A stretch of DNA of 64,000 bases from Lama guanicoe. Lineage: Eukaryota. The DNA lies in the NCBI GenBank assembly GCA_013239625.1, contig MU055886.1:1178001-1242000 (forward strand), read 5' to 3'. This document shows, in pieces, positions 48,721-63,399 of this stretch. Each line of letters begins with the position of its first letter. The stretch's first letter is position 1. The position numbers and the translations under genes were made by a program. The notes beneath the pieces were generated by a model. That model saw only the letters and a list, made by a program, of their open reading frames with translations, was not told the DNA's origin and ran no database searches.

Positions 48721-51700
48721 AGAGTCCCAAGGAACGACTCCCTTCCACGCCTCCCTTCCCTCGGCTCTCGCTCTTAAAACTCCAAGGCCTTTTGAAGAGC
48801 TCCAGCACACAGGACTCAGAGGCACACAGAAGATCCCGACTGCCCCACCCACCCACACACACACACTGGCCCTCGGGCTGAGGAGAGGTGGAAGAGGGGG
48901 TTCACGTTTGACACTACGCACCACCTCCCCTGCCTCTGCAAACTCCTTTGGCTCTGGGACTCTGGGACGCTTGGACTCTTGGCTCTGTCGGCTTTCCTCT
49001 GATTTCTCTAACCACTCCATTCTAGTCTCCTTGAGAGCTCCTCAAATCCAAAACCGTAAAATGTTGGGGTGCCGTAAGGACTCTACACACAGCCCTCTTT
49101 TGACTCCTCGGGCCATCTCACCCACTCCTCTGGCTCCGGTCCTACCACCTCTCTACCCATCATACCCAAGTGCATGCCTCTGTTGGAGAATTCTTTCTTG
49201 CCGAAATATCTACTGGACGCCTACTAGATCCCTACACTGTGTTAGACACTGGAGATAACAGCCGCGAATAAAACACAGTTCCTGCTCTTACAGAATGTAC
49301 TGCCTCCCAGACTGTTAATACAGTGCAGTTCCTGTTAACAGTGTGATCCCAGGGCACCGAGGGCCGCATTTAAGGAGGGAAGAAGGCCTCCTGGAGATGC
49401 CCTCTAAACAGAAACCTAAAAGGCCTATGGGTTGCCAGTGAAAGGGAGGAGTGTGGAGACAGCCTTCTAGGCAGAGACTGAAGGAGCAAAGACCCCCAAG
49501 GTGAGAGAGCCCAGCGGGGAGGGGCAGGAGAACAGAGCTGAAGCAGCAGAGTCAGCAGGGGCCAGGGAAGGAGTTTTGAGAAGGGCAGGGGCACCATCAG
49601 GTTGGCATGTTAGATCATTCTGGTGATGGATGAATGGAGCACAAATTTAAGTTTACAAGTGGACCCTTCATCCTTCCCCACCAACAAAACAAAGCAAAAC
49701 AAAACCCAGCAGCATTGCAGCAGTTGGAGCTGGAGCCCACCTGGCCTGGATAAAGACAGGCCCTCCTGCACCTACATCCTCTCATCCTTCATTCCCAAAT
49801 CCAGGCGTCTACCCCAAAACTCTCTCCTGAGAGGCTCTGTCTTTAAAAGTTCTCCTAGATACCTCCACCCAAAGCTCCCTTTTCTCTCGGTGCCCCAGCC
49901 TCTCTGCACACAGATCCATGCACTTCACTCCCTGGGGTCTGCTTCCCTCACCTGTCTCCCTTCTATTCATAGTGTACAGAGTTCTGCCCCACAATAAGCA
50001 CCATTAGGGGAAGAGGACAAAAGCAGAAAATTCCAAAGCCATGATGGAAATAAAGTAAGCTTCTAAAAACTTAAATGTTGTACCTCTCCATATTATTGCT
50101 TATAACTGCGTGCGAATCTACCATTGTCTTTAAAGTTAAATTTTTAAAATTATGTGTTGTGGATAAAGGTTAATAAACAAATTACTCTCCCTAATGCACA
50201 TTGAAGATGGAAATGGGCACTTGTCAGAAAGGAAAATAAAAATTCAAGCCTCTTGTCCAGTGAGTACAAATATTGCCCATGGAATTTTGTCCTGTCCCTC
50301 TCAATTTCCTAGCTGTGCAAGCCAGAAGAATCTGCATCATCAGGTGCTTAAATGGATATTTGTGTAAACAGTTTCAGTTTTGGCCCTTGGGTCCCCACTC
50401 TGTCCAGGTTCCCATTCTGGTCGCTCTTCCCTCTCAGCCTTCCTTGTCTGCCTGCTGCTTAAATGCCAAGGCTGCTCCTGTCCCCTCTTGGTCTCTTTAC
50501 TCCCTTCACCCTCAGTGAGAAATCTGATCACCTGCATAGCTTCAGCCCAGACCTTCTGCTTTAAACCCAGAGACACAACTGGCTGCTGCATATCTCCTGA
50601 ATCCCTTCAGGTTCTCCAGTCTCAACAGAGCCAAAACCAAACTCACACCATGCCCCTAAAATACCCCTTCTGCATTGCTTCCATATCTCAACTGGTAGTG
50701 GGACTTAAACCAGAAACCAAAAGAACATTCTAGACTCTTCCTTCTTCCTGCCCCTCATATCCTACTGGTCACTAAATCCAGTCAACTCTGTCTTAGTAAC
50801 ATCTCTTGTACACATCTCCTCTTCATCCTGCTGCCCTTGCCTTAGTTGGAGCCTCACTATTTCTTGGTGAAGCTGTAGTTCACGCCTCCAGTCTTCTCTC
50901 TTTACAGTTCATCCGCCACATGCTGCCAGTGACCTTTTTCAATCAGAAATCTGACAAGTCACTCTCCTGCTGAAGATACCTCTGTTATTCCTTCCTGACC
51001 TCACAATGAATCCTAACTCCTTAGCATGACACGAAGCCCTCGCGATCTGACCTGTTACTGCTGCAGTCCCATCTCCACCTCACCCCACATCTGCACAACA
51101 AATGCCTCATGTTCCTCTGGCACATAGTGTTTACAATACTAAAAATGCTCTAACTTATTAACTTACTGCTATGCGTCAGACACTATGTTAAGTGCTCTGC
51201 ATACAGTATCTCAGGTAGTAAACGGCATAGAACACAGTGCTAAAACGGTCTCAAGCCGAACTGCCTGGGTTCAGCTCCCAATGCAGCCACTTGTTAACTT
51301 ATGTAATCTTGGGAAAGTTCCATAAGCTCTCGGTTCTGGGTTTCTTCCTCTGGAAAGGGAGCATAATAAGAATACTTGCAACCTAGGCATGTTCAAAAAA
51401 AAGTTATTAGAGATGAACAGCGTTCATTACCTACTAACCAGCACTGTTAGTCATGCTTATTATCAGTATATGCAGTAATGATTACTATGCTCTTTTAACT
51501 GGGAAGGAAACTGAGGCTCCAAGAAGTAACCTCCTACTTACTTAGGATTCCACAGCTGCACTGGGATCCATCTGGGACTCTAAATCCCATACTGCTAAAC
51601 ACTTTGCGTAAGCTACTGCCTCGCTGTGGGAGGCTTGCTCATTTCCCCACCTTTACCACAGCCTGCCAGACACTCTTCTTCCTCCTTTAAATCCTGGTCA

Positions 51701-52692
51701 AAAGTATCTTCTCTTCTAGGAGGTCTTCCCAGTTCCTCCTTTGTGCCTGTGCTGTACTTGGTATATTCTTCAGATAAAGTACCAAGCACACCTCACTACA
51801 ATGATTTATTTACCTGTCGTCTTCTTGAGACCTCCTTGTAAAAGACATTATTTATTTTTGTCTTCCAAGAACTCCATAGATATTTGCTGAATGAATGAAT
51901 AAATCAATGAGTAAACTATTCATAAGATTATCAAAAGAGTTTTACCCTAACAACTGTCATTTCAATATAGATCACTTTTAATCTCTGCTTTTGTCACTCT
52001 GACTTCATTTTTGGTGAGAGGATAGGCTCAAATGACTCAACATTAATAAAAAGCAAGATACAGCAGGACTGAAATTTCTCATATTGCTATTTGGTTGTGC
52101 CTTGTCCCTTTCCAATGTCTCTCCTTTTTTTAGTGACACTATGTAATAACCCATAATGAGAAGTTGTGTTGCATCCTAATGAGACTTCCTGACTAAAACA
52201 TCTGAGGTTTGAATTTATTTCCCATAAGTAACATTTCAGCTAAAAGTTTGCTTTCTCTATGGCATGAAAGTGCCATTTGTCATCTGCTAAGTGCCCATAC
52301 CTTCCCCTTATCTGTATTAATCTCCTTTGCATTTAAATACTTTGGAGAGGTGACCTAATAGTAAGCTTTTCTATACAATTTTCTTCTTTGAATGTCTAAC
52401 TCTTCCTGACTTCATATCTATTGTTCCCCAAATAGAATAGTTTACTGCTTCAAATTTCAGCTTTACTGTCTGCAGTGATTTAGGACAAGTTTATGCTCTT
52501 CCTCACAATGATCAAATTCCATATATTAAAAGAAAAACAAACCTGACCCTGTCACTTTGTATGGAAAATCTTTTAAAATATGCTAGAAACACTTTTTTTG
52601 TATACCAGAACACAAGTAAATTGATCATTTTAATGCCTTTGTATCAAATTAATGAAAAGTTGTACAGGTAGAAAAAAAGAATACTGGTCTGG

Positions 52693-52794
52693 TGGCAGGG
52701 GTGGTGTAGCTCAGTGGTAGAATGCATGCTTAGTCTGCATGAGGTCCTGGGTTCAATCCCCAATACTTTCATTTAAAAAAAAAAAAACAGGAAG
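52693..52794 (+). mobile_element. tRNA-derived camelid SINE (vic-1 type), short form
   Basis: gtagctcagtggtagaatgcatgcttagtctgcatgaggtcctgggttcaatcccc plus poly(A); 16-bp TSD aagaatactggtctgg at 52677-52692 and 52795-52810. Confidence 0.9.
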
Positions 52795-55227
52795 AAGAAT
52801 ACTGGTCTGGGAAACGGGGGGAAAAAAAAAAGAAGGTGATTCTAGTACTATTCTGCCACTTGCCCAAATTCTCTCACTCTTCATGCTACCAGGGAAAGAA
52901 GGAGTGGGACAGAATGACCCTCAAGGTCTCTTTCAGATCCAAAATGAGATGATTCCTTAGTGAGCCTCCCAGTCAGTGGTCATTCATTCAGCATTGTTGA
53001 GTACCCTCCTACGATCTTATGCCTTTTGAAGCGTAGTGATTTCAACATAAACCCAGACTGGATGGGGAACAGAATGTTTTGCTTAAGACAGTGTTATTAC
53101 TACATAAACTGATGACATGTTTTTAATATTCAAGATCTAGTTAATAGTGAACTATTAACTATCAGCTTCACTGAGACTTTGGTGAGCCAAGATTCATGGC
53201 ATTGGAGTGTTACAGCAGGACCATGAGGAACAGCCACTCCCACATTTGTGGTCAGCTACTTGTAGAAAAGCAATGCCCTAGAGTTCTAGAATCTAGGTCT
53301 GTCCTTAACCCTGCCACATGGCTATGGGAAAGTCACATTACCTCTCTGGCCTGCAGTTTACTCTTCTGTAAAAGGAGGGAATGATATCCTGTGACAGCCA
53401 AGGTCTCTTGAGCACTAAACTGAATGATTCTTTGAGATTAAGGAAGCTAAAGTATTATCAAGTCAAAGAGAGGTTCTGCTGTTGTCTGCAAAAGAGAGTG
53501 GGTGCTTATCAGGAGGATTATTACCTTTTGAGGACAGGTATATTGTTGCCCTTCAGAGAGGAATGATGACATAAAAACAACATGTTCTTACTCCCAAGAT
53601 TCTAGGACACAGAGGCAGATAGTCACTGCTCACTTCTTAAAAATGAACTGTCCAGTTCACTGTAAAACATAAAGAATTGGGAGTTAGGCTAGAAAGTCTG
53701 TTATCTGCATATTGGTGAAGAGAGATCAGTCTCCCAGTACTTTCCAAACCTTATGTGATCACCTACCATAGTCATTTTCCCAAAGATAACCTGTTTTACC
53801 TTTTGGGGGAGGGGTTGAGGGTGAAGCTGTGGAAAATACATTTCCTTTCTGGATTGCTTCCTTAGCTCTCATAGAAGCCCTGCCTGCTTAAATTTCTTTT
53901 CTTGTTCCTAATCATATTCTCTGCTCCTTGATAAAACCGGTATTCTAATCTATTGCTAATGCAATGGACTTAATGAGTTGGCTGGGAACAGTGGGAAAGG
54001 ATGGGATATTTGCATAGGGTTGGGAATGGTTATCACAATTTTAAAAATATTCAAGATTTTTATGTCTCCTGTCAGATAAGTTTTTATCTCGTTTCTTGGA
54101 TGATAAATCTTTCAGTGTTCTGAAGGACAGCTTTGAAAATATGAGTAGCTTTAGCATCTTTTATTCTTTCCATTTTATCTCTTTTCCTCTGCTAGTTTAG
54201 CTTTTGGAAGATTAGCTCCAAAGAAGAAGGCATGCCCTTGAGCCTGTGGCCAGTGTCTAGCATGGCCCTACTCTGGTCTTGTCAACAGTATTTGCTCCAA
54301 TTCCCATAAGTATGATCCTACTCTGAATCTACTGGGCGAATGCAACTTCCCACTACCGTTCTGCTCCCTGTGGCCCCAGGGGCAGATGCCACCATCTCTC
54401 TGTCACCACTTTCTTCATCTGCTTTACCTTTTCATTGCACTTTACAGTTTGTAAAGCATTGGGCAGAGCAATCATCTCATTTTTTTCTCTCGATAGTTCC
54501 TTGAATTATGCAAGACAAACATTATGATCTCCATTTTACAGACAAAGAAACTGAGACAAGCTCAGAAAAGTCAAATGACTTGTATGAGATCACAGAGCTG
54601 GTAAACAGGATTCAAGCTCAGGTTTAACTGGGTAATAAAGCTCTATCCTAGTGGGGGAAAAGATGATTGCAACAGAATTATAATATGGAAAGTTTTCCTA
54701 AATAATCTTAGGATGACTCTCCAAGGGGATTCTCTAAAGATGGGGACTTGCATCCTACAGCTGACAGTCTCTCTCCCACCCAGGTTTCTGTAGAAGTGAC
54801 TTAAGCTGTGAGACATGGAGTGAACAGAGAGGCTAGGGTGCTAGGGCCTAGAGCTGGAGCCTAAAGGAAACTTTACATATCCCAGGGAGATCAAGCCAGT
54901 GCAGGACTGGTGAAGGATGGTGTCTCTGTTACACTGTTTAAAAATTTCAGGGAGGACCAAGGCCCAGAAGCCTGGGAAATACCTGCTTCACTAGTGAGCC
55001 TGCAGCAAAGGCTTTTAATTCTAGAGCTACCTGAGGGGCCCAGCTGGCCCCAACCGAGTGGGACCCCTTAGCAGGTGAGGAGGAACTGTCCCTGTCCATT
55101 TCCCACACATAGCCTTGGATAGAGACCTCTGATTCTGTTGAGACTTGCCTCCCTAGAGGAGAATGTCACAGGTGGGCCAAACTACCCCTCCCAGGGCCAC
55201 TACTGGCCTGTACAGCATCTTAACATG

Positions 55228-55412
55228 GATTAGAAAAAGGCATCCCTCTCAGACGCTTTTGTGCCAGTGAGTAAGTAATGTTTCCTTCTTTCAGGCAGAT
55301 GCAGCTCCACACACAGTAAACAGCTCAGCAAGTGGATTTTAGCTCCTACTTCTCTTCTCAACCAGGTACCCTGTGCAGTAAACAACCTACACAATGGCAC
55401 ACAGCAGCCCAA
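55228..55412. mobile_element. MER91-like hAT-Tip100 MITE
   Basis: Ends in ccctgtgcagtaaacaacctacacaatggcacacagcagccc, resembling the recalled MER91 terminus. Confidence 0.5.
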
Positions 55413-56147
55413 CCCTCCCTCATTCATACTGGGAGTGTCCAAAGATCCTAGAAGCCTCTCTCACCACCTCATCTCAGCCTGGTGGACCCAGGTGACCAGC
55501 CTTGTTCACCACTAGGCCACTGGAAGAGAGGCATCTTTCTCTCCTTTTGATTCTGAACTATTGTTACTCAAGAGGCCACAAGAGCCTGACCTGCCCAAGT
55601 GCGGATGTGAGTAGCCAAAGCAGATCAGAGATCATTTAAGGGGACTCAATAGCTTGAAGGAGAAAGACTGTAACTAGAAGACAGGCCTCATTCAGATAGA
55701 TTTAATATAAGAAAAAGTACATTTTTAAAAGAATATTTTTAAATAGATTCAAGTAGATATTGGGGGGAAAGTCATAAGAATGAAGAAAAATGGTTTTTGG
55801 AGGTTAAAAAAAATTCTAAATTAAAACATTCCAGTTGTGGAAGTGAAAAATAGAATGAACACCACTGAAAATTGATTTAATGATCTGAAAGGTGAAAAAG
55901 GAGAACAATCCCACAGTACCAAGCCAAAAACACAAAGAAATGGAAATCATGAGGAGAGATTTTTTTTTAAACATGAAGTATCTAGGAGATATGCAAATAA
56001 CAGGAGTACCAAATGGAGCAAAAATAAGGAGGGAACAATGCAATAACTAAAGAAGTAACAGAATTTACAGACTTTAAGAAAATTGAATTTTCAGATAGAA
56101 AAGACTCACTGAACGCTACACAGTAGTAATTTAAAAACACATACCTA

Positions 56148-58260
56148 GGGCTTCCAGTTCTGGACAAGACGGAGAAGATACATTTCTCCCTATTCCTCCT
56201 GCTGAGTGCATCTAAAACCCCTAGACATAGTGTATAAAACAAACATGAAAAAACTCTGAATGATGGAGAAAGAAGGCAGACCAGCTAGGGACCTCAGAAC
56301 TCAATGAACAACATGACAATGAATTCCCTAGGTTTCCTTTTTGCCTCCTATATGTCCCAGACTGGGCACTAGAAAAGTCCACAAGTAGAAAATGCCAAAA
56401 GGTACAGATTTTTTAAAAGCCTCAAGAAAAGTTTGATCTTCATTATCAAAGGAACAGGAAAGAGCAGCCTAATAAGGCAGAAGCCTTTGTGGTAATACCA
56501 ACCCTATTCCAGCTGAACATCACAGAAGTGACACACAACACTCCCACTCTCCTACCCCTGATCAGTAGAGGCTAAATGAAGAATATAGACTTCCACCCCT
56601 GCTCAGACCTCCCACCACACTCCAGGGTGATGCCAGAACAGTCTGAGTGGGGAACTTGGACTTCCATCCCTGCCCATGGGTAATGAGACAGTATTCCCTT
56701 TCCCTACCAGTACAGTGTCAGTTGAGGCTTGCTAAAATAGAAGATGCAAATAAGATCTACAATCCATAACATGATACTTAAAATGTCCAGGATGCAATTT
56801 AAAAATCACTCATCACACCAAGAACCAGAAAAATTGCACCTAGAATGAGAAAAAGACAATTGACAGATGTTAAAATGGAGAAGCTACAGATTTTGGAATC
56901 ATGACAATGCTTTTAAAGCAGCCACCATAAAAATGCTTAAACAAGCAATTATGAATTCTCTTGAAACAAATGAAACCATAGAAACTATCAGCAAATAATA
57001 GGTTATAAAAATAATCAAATGGATATTACATAACTGGAAAGTAGAATAAAAGAAGTGGAAAACTCACTGGATGGCTCAATAGAAGATTTAACAGGTTAAA
57101 ATCAGTGAACTTAAAGGAAGATTAACAAAATTTAACCAGTCTGGACAACAGAACAAACATAGTAGGGGAAAAATAAAGAGAACAAAATTAAGCTAACATT
57201 CATATCATCAGAGTCCCAGAAGGAGAGGAGAGAGAAGGGGAAGGGGAGAGAGGGACTGAAAAATTAGTTGAAGAAACAGTCTCTAAGAATCCCCCAAATT
57301 TGGCAAACAGTATAAGACTAGACTGAAGAAGCTGCACAAACCCCAGAAGGGATAAACTCAAAGAAACTTTAAAAAATCCACAGACTTAAATCCTAACATT
57401 TCAATAATTACCAGGCATATAATTATACTTCTAAAAACTGAAGACAAAAAGAGTCTTGATGGCAGAGAGAAATGACACATGACTTAGAAAGGAACAGCAA
57501 TTCCAATGACAACAGAGTTATCATTTGAAATCATGGAGGCCAGAAGGAAGTGGTGTGATAGTTTTCAAGTACTGAATGAAAATTGCTGTCAACTCAGAAT
57601 TCTATATTCAATAAAAATATCTCTCAGGAATGAAAGTGAAAAACTAAGATGGAGAAAAACTAATATAGCTTCTGACCAATATGCCTACCCTAAAAGGATG
57701 GCTATAGGAAACTCTTCAAACAGAAAGGAAATGATAAAACAAGGAAACTTAGAATATCAGCAATGAAGAAGGAATAACAGAAAAGGTAAAACTATTGATT
57801 AATGCAATAGATTATTTTCCTCTTAAGGTTTTAGATTTATGTTTGGTGGGAACAAAATTATAATATTGTCAGACGTTTTCAATGTATATAGAGGTAATAT
57901 TTAAGACAATTACATTTAAAAGGAGAGAGGGTACATAAAGAGACCTAAATGCACATTTTACTTGAAGTGGTAAGATGTCAACACCAGTAGTCACTGACAA
58001 GTTATACATGTATAGTCTAATACTTGACTAACAACTATAAAACTACACAAAGAGATACACTCAAAAACACTATGGATAAATCAAACTGAAATTCTAAAAA
58101 CTTCCCAAGTAATCACAGGGAGGCAGGAAAAATAAAAGAGAGGAAGGAAAAATGGGGAACAAACAGAAAATAAGTAATAAAATGTGAGACTTAACATTAC
58201 ATTAGATGTAAGTAGTCTAAATATACTAATTAAAAGACAGAGATTGGCAGAGTAGATTTT
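56148..58260 (+). mobile_element. Ancient L1 (L1MC/MD-like) 5'UTR + ORF1 + start of ORF2, nested in a HAL1-like relic
   Basis: Starts gggcttccagttctggacaagacggag; ORF1 C-terminal relic MTTELSFEIMEARRKWCDSFQVLNENCCQLRILY..KISLRNE; ends at the ORF2 endonuclease start (ctaattaaaagacagagattggcagagtagat). Confidence 0.75.
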
Positions 58261-59459
58261 TTAAAAACACATCTTGGTAAATTTTCTGAACTCCAGGAAT
58301 TAAAGTATAAATAAGCTTCTAGACAATGTAAATGGACTATTTATGAAGGAAAGAGAGCCCTCCAAAATTATCTTGTAGAGCCCACAAACTGTCCTTGTTA
58401 AAACTTACCGAGACCTAATATTTGTTAATCACTGTTCTAAGCAGTTTATGTTATCTCATTTTAACATAATTCTATGAGGTATCTTTTACTAGTACTCTCA
58501 TCTTATAGATGAGAAAACTAAGGCTAACTTTCCCAAGGTCATTTATTTAGTAAGTGGCAGAGCTTAGATTCAAACCCAGGGAGTCTAATGAAAGAAACTA
58601 GAAATAAGTACAGATTAGCTACCTGGGGAGGAAAAAGAAGACAGAGCTCCCAGGCAGAGAGAACAGCCTATAAGAAGAAGGTTCGGAGGATGGGAAGGAA
58701 AACCTACTATATGCAAAGTGTTTTAAATATAATATTAATAATCGCAAAACTCCAATAGCAAATATTTGGGTGTCTGTTTTGCAGATGAAGAGACTCAGCA
58801 AGGTTGAGTAACTAGCTCAAAATAATCCAGCTAGTAAGCAATGGAGCCAGAATTTAAATGTGGATCCGCCACCATTCCCTATTCGGTCAACAAGCTAGAA
58901 ACACTCTTGGAACGTATTTCCCATGGTAATTGTCTTTGTCACCCCAATAGTTTCCTTACAGTAACCCAGCAATTAAAACATTTAAGAGGAAAGGATCTGT
59001 CCTACCTTTCTGTGTGATTTTGGTCAAAGCTGCTGTGGGTCTGAGAGTCTTCATCTATGAAAGAGAATCAGGCTACATCAGTGTTTTTCTAGCTTTGGCA
59101 GAGGAGAGACAGTAGAATCCTTTATTCAGTGCACATCTTATTAAACAGAGCCCAATATGGAAGACAGGTAAAGCAGAGGAAACCTGACTGAAGGGACAGA
59201 CGGGACTAGCCTGGACCCTCTTCAGTTAAAATTCTCCTTCACAACCCTAAGTTCTGGAAACGGTGCATAGAGAGGCTCCAGGCACAGAGGAGAGTCTTGG
59301 AAGCATTCTCTTCCATCCTTAGTGTAGGATAGGGAGGGTGATGGATGACCTAGATTTTCTTTAAAACAAGGCGTTATTCATGTTTTGTTACTATGTGCTG
59401 TGTACTGTGACATTGTATTTCAGTCTGTTTTGAATCACAGGGATGTTCTGGGAAGGTTG

Positions 59460-59675
59460 TGTGGTGGAATCAGATGTGGCTTGAATCCCAGTTTCTATCC
59501 CTTGCTACTTTGTGACCTCGGACAACTAATGTAACCTTCCAGTTTTCTCATCACAACAAAGAGATAATACTGACCTTGAAGGGTGCTGTGAGGATTAAAT
59601 TAAATAATAAGGACAAAGTACCTAGCATATGATCAGGGGTGTTGTTGACATTAGGTAAAAGGCAGCTATTATTAT
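59460..59675 (+). mobile_element. MIR SINE
   Basis: ttgaatcccagtttct ... tgtgacctcggacaa ... gctgtgaggattaaattaaataata ... cctagcata. Confidence 0.75.
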
Positions 59676-60989
59676 GCATTTTGAAATCCTGATACTTTGT
59701 CTTCCCTGGAGCTTGGGTCTGTCTTTCTTTTTTCTTCCTTTTTTTAGTGAAGATTGATTTATACAAAAAGAGATGATACTTTTTACAAAGGAATGCTGAA
59801 AGTATTGTAAATTCAAGGTGGTGAATTATGAAAAACTGCATATGTGTTAATAACACTGAAGATATGGTATGTTTTCATAATCTGGACCCTGAGTAACGAC
59901 TGTTACACATGCTGAAAGGAGTATTCACAAAATAATCCATTATTAAAACATACATCTTTTTAAAAAAATAAAAGATTTTTATACCCCTAGAATCGACAGA
60001 CAAGAATAACCTGACTTTACAGAACTTCTGTCTGAAAATAAATGATGTCCTAAGCATCATCATGTAGTCGGGGGCATAGCCTGACCTCCTAGAGCTTAGG
60101 AGATCTAGGCGTGTGTTTGACTAGAGGCTAAAGCCATGGCAGATCTCCTATAATGGACCATGAATTCCTGCCATTTCCCATGAAGCTTAATTGGGGAACA
60201 TTTCAGAGCATATGGTACTTTGTCAACTGATACTAATGTGTCCATTAGTGTGGCTCCAGAGGGAATTTCAGTTTATGCTCAGAGAATGAACACTTGGGAA
60301 ACAGAAATAGCTACTTCTAGCCCCTACCTTCCCCACAATTCTGTCCTCTGTTTAGCAACCCCCCCCCACCATTTCTTTCAGTCCTACCAGGAAGAGATAT
60401 ATAATAGGGGTGTGCCATTAATGGTATCTCCACTATCCAAACTTGACTCATAATCCCTTAAGGCACACAACCCTGACGTCCTTCAGAGCCGTTATGAAGA
60501 CAGTATCTCATTTGACCTTCACAGTACTCCTCTGAGCTATGTGTTGTTATCCCATTTCACAGACAAGAAAAACAGAAGCTCACAACAGTTAAACTGCGCT
60601 TGGAGATCAGACCTAATGCTCAGTCCACTGTAATAGCCCATTCCTATGCTGGATGTGCAGAGGTATATACTTGGCCTGACTGGGTTCTACAAATTGCTCA
60701 CGTGAATCACATGTGGTCCAAATTAAGTATAAGCAAATTAATTCATTTATTCAGGTAACATTAACTGGGAGCCTTTGGGTAAGGCACTATGCTAGGTGAG
60801 GGTGAGTAGTGTCCTGGGAAGTGTAAGGGCTTTGGAGTCATTCAGCACAAGAATGTATGGACATCCTCGCCCTAGAAAGTGCTCACTGAGTGCTAGTTAT
60901 TATTAGTGAGCAGCACTATGGAGGACAGAGAGTTGAATCAGATATGATCCTGACCCTCAAGAGGCTATAAAGTTTAAATAAATTTTATG

Positions 60990-62535
60990 ACCATCTGAAA
61001 AAAATTTAAAAAACCAGATTCCCTGTCTTACTTCATATACTTTACTCTTTATTCCTAAATAAAACCCAAATGAATCAAATATTTAAATGCTGAAACCATA
61101 AAAATACTAGAAGAAAATATGGGAATGGTCATAAGCATTCAACAGAAGATGAATACATATTATTATATAGAAATTTTAAATCCTGCATGGGGGAAAACAC
61201 TATAAACATATTCAAAAGATAAATGAAAAATTAGTAAAAACACTTGCAATACACATGACAAACAAGGGGTTAATATCCTTGTTATATATCAAGTTTCTAA
61301 ACATCAATACTAAAAAGACCAACAAACAACCCAGTAGAAAAATAGGAAAAGATAGGAATAATTTATGGTAAAGCAATTATAAATGACTCTAGCATTGATA
61401 GAAATGCTCAACCTTACTCGTAAGAGAAATTCAAATAAAGGCAACACTGAGATGTTATATGTTACTTACCATAACGGCAAAGACAAAATATTTTCATAAT
61501 ATACTGTGTTGCTGAAATGTGGAGAAACAAAGTTTATTGGCAAAAGTATAAATTGGTACAATCTCTGTGAAGAGCAATTTGATAATATCCATGAATAATT
61601 TTTAAATGTGTACCAAAACATTTTAAACAACCTAAATGTCCATCATTAAAGGACAGCTGAGTTATGGTGTATCCGTTTAATAGAATGCCACGTAACCATA
61701 CAAAAAGAGGAAGAAAGCTCTTTCATACTACTGATTGAGAACAATTTTCATGATATATTGCTAATTTTCTAAAGCAAGGCACAGAATCATGAATATAATA
61801 TGCAACCATATGTATATAAAAAAGGAAGGATATTTAAGACTAGATATGAAACTGATAACACTGGTTGACTCAGGGAATAGAACTAGAAGGCTGAGGACAG
61901 AAATGAAAGTTAGGCTTTTCACGTATACCCTTTGCACCTTCTGAATTTTGAACTGTGTAATGGTTTTAAATATTTTTTAAGTCTTAATATTGAAAACATC
62001 TTTTTAAAAAAAATCTTTTAATTCAGCAATTCCAATTCTAGGAACTAATTCTACAGATGTATTTACACATGTGTTCCATATGTGTTGTCTATATACAAAG
62101 AGATTCACTGCAGCGTATTACATAACGGCCAAAGACTGGGGACATCCTGAATGCTGGCTAGTAGAGGAGGGTGTAATAAATTATAGTACAGTCATCCAAA
62201 GAGTTGCATGCATTCATTAAAAAGAATAAGGGAAAAAAGGAACTTGGAAGCACTACATAGACTGATAGAGAATAATATTAAACAGTTTTGAATGACAAAA
62301 GACTATATATGGTATCATCTATGTCATCTGCTTATGATATGTTTGTATATGCATAGACTGTTTCTGGAAGAATATACAAAAAAACTGCTAATCTTGGTTG
62401 CTGGGGAAGGGGACTGAGTGGCTGAAGGACAGACATGGGAAGACAAATTTATTTTCACTGTATATCTCTTTGTAGTTTTCGAATATTTCACCACAGCAAA
62501 TACAACCTAATCAACAGAAAATGTTTAAACACATT
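60990..62535 (+). mobile_element. L1ME-type ORF2 3' region and 3' ends (composite)
   Basis: aaaccataaaaatactagaagaaaatatggg ... cttgcaatacacatgacaaacaaggggttaatatcc ... aaacaacctaaatgtccatca ... cagcaattccaattctaggaa. Confidence 0.75.
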
Positions 62536-63399
62536 ACATTCAAAAATAGGGAATTGTTTGTATAGAGTTGAATCTGGCCTGTAGGTTCTGCCTGTTGATT
62601 CAGATTCTATCATTAACATCACATGTAGACTAACTTTAACCCCTCTCCTGCTAAATGCTCTTGAGATACCTGAACACCCTGAGTCTTCATGTCTCTGGCC
62701 CTGCTCCCTCAGAGTCCCAAACGATTTGTTCTACGAGAGGTCCTTCCTCATCCTGGTCTCCATCTTGGGACTCTCTCAGGTCCCAGGCTTCTTGGAAAGA
62801 GCATTACCAAAACCGAGCACTACTCTTCACCCAAGGTCGTGGGCTGCCGCCACCCTCCATCCCTGCCGTGACCTTCTCCCTTTGGGGTTTCTGCCTTTGG
62901 TTGGGGAAGTTAAGCCAGCGGGAAATGGCAGGAACATATCTTCCCCTGAGGTGCCCCTGTGTCTGGACAAGGCTAGCCGGATGCTTTTCCTTTCTTTCAG
63001 GAGTGGGCAGTGGTTATCTTGCAGTTGGTGCCTATTACCTGCAGCAGAATCTGCATTCAGAGTGGCTGCAGGCAGGGCCAGTTTAGAACACAGGGTGACT
63101 TGTGTGAAAACATGAATTCATGAAACATTTAAGAATGTGAGAAATGCCACGGTGGTTCAGTAGTGAGGAACTGTGTTCGTGAAACAGTCCCCAGGGTGCC
63201 GGGGAAGAGCAAGGTGAATCTAACTGGCTAAGGATGTGCTCACTAGTACCAAACTTTCCTCACCCTCTGTGACTCTGCAGCATCATAAAGAAGTCTTTGA
63301 GCTGCTCTGAGAAGGGCAAGGTGGACCTCGCTGGCCTCTCCAAGTACTTCTACTCTAGGTACCATCATGAATTTACCTTACCCCTTCTTGGGTCTTTTC

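Noticed and set aside
47857-48881. Long overlapping ORFs (up to 272 aa) in the CpG island
   Set aside because: Ala/Arg/Gly/Pro-rich and open in most frames on both strands, as expected for stop-poor GC-rich DNA; no recognisable protein.
62655-63115. 143-aa and 129-aa overlapping ORFs upstream of FRMPD1
   Set aside because: No recognisable homology, splice structure, or poly(A)/TSD signature of a processed pseudogene.
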